Origin: Nitrososphaeria archaeon
Lineage (GTDB): Archaea; Thermoproteota; Nitrososphaeria; Geothermarchaeales; JDFR-13
Reading direction: 5' to 3'
Length of the DNA: 64,000 bases
NCBI GenBank assembly: GCA_027078545.1
Contig: JALWXN010000004.1
Span: 192,001 to 256,000 of the forward strand
Position numbers and translations under genes: made by a program. A model generated the notes under the pieces. The model saw only the letters and a program-made list of their open reading frames with translations. It was not told the origin of the DNA and did no database searches. Of the stretch, positions 58,941 to 64,000 are shown piece by piece. The number at the start of each line of letters is the position of its first letter. Positions within the stretch are counted from its first letter, which is position 1.

Positions 58941-59834
58941 GTGTTTAGGAATTTTAGGGAGGGTCTTAGGAGGATAGTTGATAAGGTTGGTTATACCGAG
59001 ATAACCTTGGATAGGCTGGAGCGTTTCAGGGATGATATCCTCATGTTCCTACTCGAGAACGATGTGGCGTATGAGGCTGCTGAGCGGTTTATAGAGAGCT
59101 TCTTCGAGTATCTGCGGGGGGCTAGGGTCAAGAGGTTCAGCAATATGGGTGAAGTCGTCTTCAACCATATGAAGACATACTTACTGGAGACCTTCTCGGG
59201 ACTCGAGTATGGAGACCTCTCAACCATGAGGGGTGGGGAGGGACCCCTAAAGATACTGGTCGTCGGGGTTAATGGGACGGGGAAGACTACGACCATCGCC
59301 AAGATGGCGTATAGATCTAGGCAGGCGGGGCTTAAGCCCCTACTAGTCTGTGCAGATACGTTTAGGGCTGGGGCGATCGAGCAGCTGAAGTTGCATGGAA
59401 CCAGGGTCGGTGTGGATGTCTATGCCTCTGAATATGGTCATGACCCTGCCGCGGTTGCCTATGACGCTGTGCAGCATGCCGTGGCTAGGGGTTATGACCA
59501 GGTGATTATAGATACTGCGGGGAGGCAGCACTCGAACGTGAATCTGATGGCCGAGTTGGCGAAGATACGCCGTGTCACGGAGCCAGACGTGACCCTACTT
59601 GTACTGGATGCGTTGACTGGGTCAGACGCTATTAGGCAGGCCGAGGAGTTTGATAGGGGGGTCGGTGTAGATACATATGTCTTTACGAAGGTGGATGCTG
59701 ATGTCAAGGGGGGAGCTATCCTAACCACCGCCTTTGTGAATCCGAAGCCCATCGTATATCTCGGTGTTGGGCAGGGATACGGCGATTTAATACCTTTCAA
59801 GGCTAATCTATTCGTCGATCAGCTTTTCTCATGA
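58941..59834 (+). CDS. ftsY: SRP receptor FtsY
   Basis: GVNGTGKTTT, DTFRAGAIEQL, DTAGR and TKVDAD.KGG. Confidence 0.97.
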   Translation: MFRNFREGLRRIVDKVGYTEITLDRLERFRDDILMFLLENDVAYEAAERFIESFFEYLRGARVKRFSNMGEVVFNHMKTYLLETFSGLEYGDLSTMRGGEGPLKILVVGVNGTGKTTTIAKMAYRSRQAGLKPLLVCADTFRAGAIEQLKLHGTRVGVDVYASEYGHDPAAVAYDAVQHAVARGYDQVIIDTAGRQHSNVNLMAELAKIRRVTEPDVTLLVLDALTGSDAIRQAEEFDRGVGVDTYVFTKVDADVKGGAILTTAFVNPKPIVYLGVGQGYGDLIPFKANLFVDQLFS

Positions 59835-59844
59835 GGGGGGATGT

Positions 59845-60765
59845 ATGCATCTACTCTCGATATGGGATCTGTCTAGGGAGGAGATCCTTAAGCTGGTCTT
59901 CCTGACTGAGGAGATAAAATATGGATATATCGATGTGGAGGGCGTCCTAGAGGGCTACACCATGGGCATGATCTTTGAGAAGCCGTCTACCAGGACTAGG
60001 GTCTCATTCGAGGTGGCTATGAACCAGCTTGGGGGTAGGGCTCTATACCTACCCACCTCAACGCTCCAGGTGAGTAGGGGTGAGTCTATAAAGGATACGG
60101 TTAAGGTGCTGGAGAGGTATGTCGACATATTGATGGCTAGGGTCTATAGGCATGAGACTCTTGAGGAGATGGCGGAGCATGCATCTATACCAGTTATAAA
60201 CGGGTTATCCGACCGTGAGCATCCTGTACAGATAGTGTCGGACATGTTCACGATCTATGAGAGGTTTGGGAGGCTGTCGAGGCTTAAGATAGCGTTCATA
60301 GGGGATGGGGCTAATAATGTGGTTAGATCCCTTGTGATCGCCTCTGCTATGCTTGGCCTCAACATGTATGTAGCGGCTCCTAGGGAGTATTGGCTCCCAG
60401 AGGAGGAGTTGGAGAGGGTGTCTAGACTGGCTAGTGAGAATGGAGGCGTGGTGAGATATACTGAGGATCCCTATGAGGCGGTTGAGGATGCGGATGTCGT
60501 CTATACAGACACCTTCGTATCTATGGGGATGGAGGATGAGGCCACTAGGAGGCGCGAGCTCTTCCTTCCTAAGTACCAGGTGAATATGGACCTCATGTCA
60601 CACGCCTCTCAGGACGCCGTCTTTATGCACTGCCTACCGGCGCATAGGGGGGAGGAGGTGGTTGATGAGGTTATCGACTCTGAGTATAGCATCGTCTATG
60701 ACCAGGCGGAGAATAGGCTCCATACGCAGAAGACCATCATACTCTATCTCCTAGAGATGCTATAA
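59845..60765 (+). CDS. argF: Ornithine carbamoyltransferase
   Basis: STRT, HPVQ, SMG, HCLP and QAENRLH. Confidence 0.96.
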   Translation: MHLLSIWDLSREEILKLVFLTEEIKYGYIDVEGVLEGYTMGMIFEKPSTRTRVSFEVAMNQLGGRALYLPTSTLQVSRGESIKDTVKVLERYVDILMARVYRHETLEEMAEHASIPVINGLSDREHPVQIVSDMFTIYERFGRLSRLKIAFIGDGANNVVRSLVIASAMLGLNMYVAAPREYWLPEEELERVSRLASENGGVVRYTEDPYEAVEDADVVYTDTFVSMGMEDEATRRRELFLPKYQVNMDLMSHASQDAVFMHCLPAHRGEEVVDEVIDSEYSIVYDQAENRLHTQKTIILYLLEML

Positions 60766-60779
60766 TCCCCCTAGGCATC

Positions 60780-61574
60780 ATGTCAAGGAAGTATCTCGTC
60801 GTCTATACAGATAGGGATGAGGCCAGCCTCAATCTCTACAGGGCTCTAGAGGAGGTTATGTATAGCCTGGAGGCCAGCATCGACATTGAGTATCTAAAGA
60901 TTGATGACCACCCGATCTATGCAGATCATGTTGATGAGGTTATAGGAGTTAGGCCCAGCCTAGTAATATTCCTTTCTAGGCACAGCGCCAAGTCGGACAC
61001 ACCTACTATATCTGCCCATACCCCTGGGAATCCAGGTGATCAGAACCTCTATGGAGGGCTGCCCAGGTCGTTGCCAATGGCCTCTCCCTGCTTCATAGGG
61101 GGCTTCATAAGGAGGGCTTATCAAAACGTCGCTGTTAGTGGGCTCGACTATGTGGTGACCCTGGAGGTCACCCATCATGGTCCGACAGAATTGTCAGCTC
61201 CCGCGGCCTTCGTGGAGATTGGGCCTAGGCAGAGGAACTGGAATGATTCCAGCGCTGCCTATGTGGTCGCCAAGTCTCTGGTGGAGACGTTTGAGTCGCT
61301 TGATGACCAGACGTGTATACGTGCTGTCGGGTTTGGAGGGCCCCACTATGCCCCTATATTCACGAGTATGATCCTCAAGTCTAACTATGGTTTCGGGCAT
61401 ATAATCTCTAAGTATGTCCTCGAATCCTGTGACGAGAATATTATAGAGATGGCTGTTGAGAGGAATGGGGGTGTCGATGTTGCAGTGGTGAACTGGAAGG
61501 GTTTGAAGGGCGGTGTCCGTCAATGTGTATATTCAAAGCTACAGGAGATGGGCTTGGAGACTCTCCGTGTCTAG
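60780..61574 (+). CDS. dtdA: D-aminoacyl-tRNA deacylase, archaeal type
   Basis: SRHS, HTPGN, EVTHHGP, FVEIG and GFGGPHY. Confidence 0.95.
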   Translation: MSRKYLVVYTDRDEASLNLYRALEEVMYSLEASIDIEYLKIDDHPIYADHVDEVIGVRPSLVIFLSRHSAKSDTPTISAHTPGNPGDQNLYGGLPRSLPMASPCFIGGFIRRAYQNVAVSGLDYVVTLEVTHHGPTELSAPAAFVEIGPRQRNWNDSSAAYVVAKSLVETFESLDDQTCIRAVGFGGPHYAPIFTSMILKSNYGFGHIISKYVLESCDENIIEMAVERNGGVDVAVVNWKGLKGGVRQCVYSKLQEMGLETLRV

Positions 61575-61635
61575 AGGCGGCGGCATTAATTATATTATCT
61601 AGGACTATTAGTAGATGGTGTAGAGGGGGGATACA

Positions 61636-61791
61636 ATGCTGGACAAGCTGATAAATACGTTGAAGCTGGCTCGTAAACCGAGTTTCACGGAGTTTAAGGA
61701 GTATAGTAAGCTTATACTCTTGGGTGTGGCCTTACTAGGCTCTATAGGATTCGTCATCTACATCGTCTTCGAGGTATTCATAGTCGTGTGA
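61636..61791 (+). CDS. secE: Translocase SecE/Sec61gamma (absent from the ORF track, 51 aa)
   Basis: Translated by hand: MLDKLINTLKLARKPSFTEF...LLGSIGFVIY. Confidence 0.93.
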   Translation: MLDKLINTLKLARKPSFTEFKEYSKLILLGVALLGSIGFVIYIVFEVFIVV

Positions 61792-61806
61792 AGGTGGTGT
61801 CCAGGG

Positions 61807-62265
61807 GTGTCTGGGGAGACTGGTAAGAAAAGATTTTTCCTCGTGAAGACTGTGGGTGGTCAGGAGGAGGATGCTGCTAGGATAGCTGAGATGTATGTAA
61901 AGGCGTCCAACGGGAAGATAAAGATATACAGCATCATCAAGCCACCCGCGTCCAAGGGTGAGTTGATTGTGGAGGCGGCTAGGTATACGGATGTATACAA
62001 TGCTTTTGAGGGGATAAAGAGCTTTAAACGTATCCTCCCTGGCCTGGTCTCCTTCGAGGAGATTAAGGAGTTGTTGGCCGAGGAGGAAGAGGTGGAGCTA
62101 AATATTGGTGACGAGGTTGAGATAATCTCTGGGCCTTTCAAGGGTATGAAGGCTAGGGTTGTGAATATCAAGGATAAGGAGGAGATCGTTATCCATCTGA
62201 GCGACGCGTCCGCAGCCCCTATCCCAATTATATTATCAAAGGACTATGTTAGAAAGATTAAGTGA
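61807..62265 (+). CDS. spt5: Transcription elongation factor Spt5/NusG
   Basis: T.GGQE NGN domain and KOW motif GDEVEIISGPFKG. Confidence 0.95.
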   Translation: MSGETGKKRFFLVKTVGGQEEDAARIAEMYVKASNGKIKIYSIIKPPASKGELIVEAARYTDVYNAFEGIKSFKRILPGLVSFEEIKELLAEEEEVELNIGDEVEIISGPFKGMKARVVNIKDKEEIVIHLSDASAAPIPIILSKDYVRKIK

Positions 62266-62277
62266 GGTGGTTGGGGT

Positions 62278-62781
62278 ATGGGTGATAAGAAGCAGGTTAT
62301 AGAGGCCCTCGTCTCGGGAGGTGCGGCTACTGCAGGGCCTCCACTTGGGCCTCAGCTAGGCCCACTTGGTGTCAATGTGAAGGCTGTGGTGGATAAGATC
62401 AATGAGCTGACTGCGGACTTCAAGGGTATGAAGGTCCCTGTGAAGGTCATAGTTGATGTAGAGACTAAGGAGTTCGAGGTGGAGGTAGGTATTCCCACCG
62501 TCTCGGCACTCATAGCTAAGGAGGCTGGTATAGAGAAGGGTTCTAGTGAGCCTGGCAGGGTATTTGTGGGCAACCTGACTTTTGACCAGGTCCTCAAGAT
62601 AAGTAGGATTATTAACCAGAAGATTGGGCTTGATAACCTCAAGTCTGTTGCTCTCCAGGTTATTGGGACCTGTGTAAGTATGGGGGTTAAGGTGGATGGG
62701 AAGGATCCTAAGCAGGTTACTAGGGAGGTTAAGGAGGGTAAGTACGATAAATACTTTGAAGACGTAAGTATTGAGACTTAG
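62278..62781 (+). CDS. rpl11: 50S ribosomal protein uL11
   Basis: GG.AT.GPPLGP.LGP.GVN. Confidence 0.97.
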   Translation: MGDKKQVIEALVSGGAATAGPPLGPQLGPLGVNVKAVVDKINELTADFKGMKVPVKVIVDVETKEFEVEVGIPTVSALIAKEAGIEKGSSEPGRVFVGNLTFDQVLKISRIINQKIGLDNLKSVALQVIGTCVSMGVKVDGKDPKQVTREVKEGKYDKYFEDVSIET

Positions 62782-62798
62782 TTGGGAGGTGTTGATAC

Positions 62799-63467
62799 AT
62801 GTCCCTATCTCTAAGGGCGGTCAAGGTTGTTGATGAGGAGGCTCTTAGGAAGGCTATAAAGGAGGCGCTTGAGAAGAGTAAGCCTAGACGTTTTAGACAG
62901 TCTGTAGATCTTATAGTCTCGCTCTCCGGCCTGGATCTGAAGAAGCCGGAGAATAGGATTAGGGCTGCTATAAGGCTTCCCCACGGCCCCTCCAAGCCTA
63001 GGAAGATAGCTATGTTTGCCGAGGGTATAATGGCTCAGAAGGCTGAGGAGGCGGGGGTTGACAGGGTCATCAGTGAGAAGGAATTGTTGGAGCTCCAGGG
63101 CCAGAAGAGGGCTATAAAGAAGCTGGCTAATCAGTATGACTTCTTCCTGGCGGAGCCTAAGATGATGGCTAATGTTGGTCGTGTAATGGGTTTCGCCCTT
63201 GGACCCCGTGGGAAGATCCCGCAGATCGTGCCTCCCAACGCTGATGTCAAGAGGATGGTCGAGGATCTCCGTAAATCGGTCCTGGTTAATGTGAGGAACA
63301 ACCCTATGGTTCTAGTCTCTATTGGGCATGAGGAGATGGATATTGACCAGCTTGTCGAGAATGCGAAGGCCTTCTTGGAGGCCCTTTCCTCAAAGCTTCC
63401 CGAGAAGGCTGTGATAGACAGGATATATGTGAAGACTACTATGGGCCCGGCTGTGAGGGTTATCTAG
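62799..63467 (+). CDS. rpl1: 50S ribosomal protein uL1
   Basis: F.QSVDL, LGPRGK.P and KTTMGP. Confidence 0.97.
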   Translation: MSLSLRAVKVVDEEALRKAIKEALEKSKPRRFRQSVDLIVSLSGLDLKKPENRIRAAIRLPHGPSKPRKIAMFAEGIMAQKAEEAGVDRVISEKELLELQGQKRAIKKLANQYDFFLAEPKMMANVGRVMGFALGPRGKIPQIVPPNADVKRMVEDLRKSVLVNVRNNPMVLVSIGHEEMDIDQLVENAKAFLEALSSKLPEKAVIDRIYVKTTMGPAVRVI

Positions 63468-63482
63468 CGGGGTGTATATGGG

Positions 63483-64000
63483 ATGAGTGTGGCTGCTAAG
63501 AGGGAGAGGAGGATCCCTGAGAAGAAGGTTAGGATGAGGAAGGAGTTTGAGGAGCTGCTTAGGAATAACCGCTACCTACTTGTTGTCGATGCGTATAGGC
63601 TGAAGGCCTCTATGGCTAATGAGGTTAGGAGGCTCCAGCCGAAGCTGGGCTTCAGGATGAAGGGCGGTAAGATGAGGGTTTTGTTGAAGGCTATTGAGAA
63701 TGTCTATCCGGAGGCTGCTAAGGAGCTTGCCGATAAGCTTAGTGGCCAGCTGCTATTCATCTTCACCAATGAGAATCCCTTCAGGATAGCGTATGAGCTG
63801 GATAAGTTTGAGGTGGCTATGGAGGCCTCTCCGGGTGACATAGCACCTGAGGACATCATCATACCGGAGGGTAACACTGGTATCCCTCCAGGGCCGGTGA
63901 TAGGTGTCTTCTCGGCCCTGAGCATCCCGACTAAGATCGTGGCCGGGAGCATCTATGTGGCTAAGGATGTCTTGGTTGCTAAGAAGGGTGATAAGATCTC
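63483..64000 (+). CDS. rpl10: 50S ribosomal protein uL10/P0, truncated by the window end
   Basis: Translated by hand: IPEKK...FTNENPF...PGDIAPEDIIIPEGNTGIPPGP. Confidence 0.95.
   Translation, partial: MSVAAKRERRIPEKKVRMRKEFEELLRNNRYLLVVDAYRLKASMANEVRRLQPKLGFRMKGGKMRVLLKAIENVYPEAAKELADKLSGQLLFIFTNENPFRIAYELDKFEVAMEASPGDIAPEDIIIPEGNTGIPPGPVIGVFSALSIPTKIVAGSIYVAKDVLVAKKGDKI

Overview
Archaeal chromosome segment from a thermophilic member of Thermoproteota, most consistent with the Nitrososphaeria/Aig-/Geothermarchaeota neighbourhood. The placement is inferred from the crenarchaeal-type GC-rich 16S, eL14/eL34/eL20 missing from their usual operon slots, a Rieske-cytochrome b-cupredoxin cluster and non-canonical tRNA introns. 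About 54 kb is core information-processing machinery: exosome/proteasome/RNase P superoperon, KEOPS, Cdc48, FEN1, the uL22-secY ribosomal protein operon, eS19-eL39-eL31-eIF6-FtsY and secE-spt5-uL11-uL1-uL10. Ten tRNA genes are present; five of them carry seven introns in total. The first 10 kb is accessory-like. It holds a stand-alone 16S gene enclosed by a complete bulge-helix-bulge processing stem and surrounded by mirror-image strand skew. Next to it is a translationally coupled three-gene operon: a TGT-fold/metallophosphoesterase double pseudoenzyme, a low-GC PD-(D/E)xK nuclease, and an unknown protein with a nearby paralog. A VapBC pair follows. Best novelty candidates are (1) that operon as a possible sensor-nuclease defence or surveillance system; (2) miniature intron-encoded C'/D' guides in tRNA-Trp and tRNA-Met that predict Cm39 and Cm34 by the N+5 rule; (3) the skew inversion at the rRNA gene; and (4) an apparent AUA start codon for the Brix gene. 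All calls come from reading motifs by eye; no searches were run.
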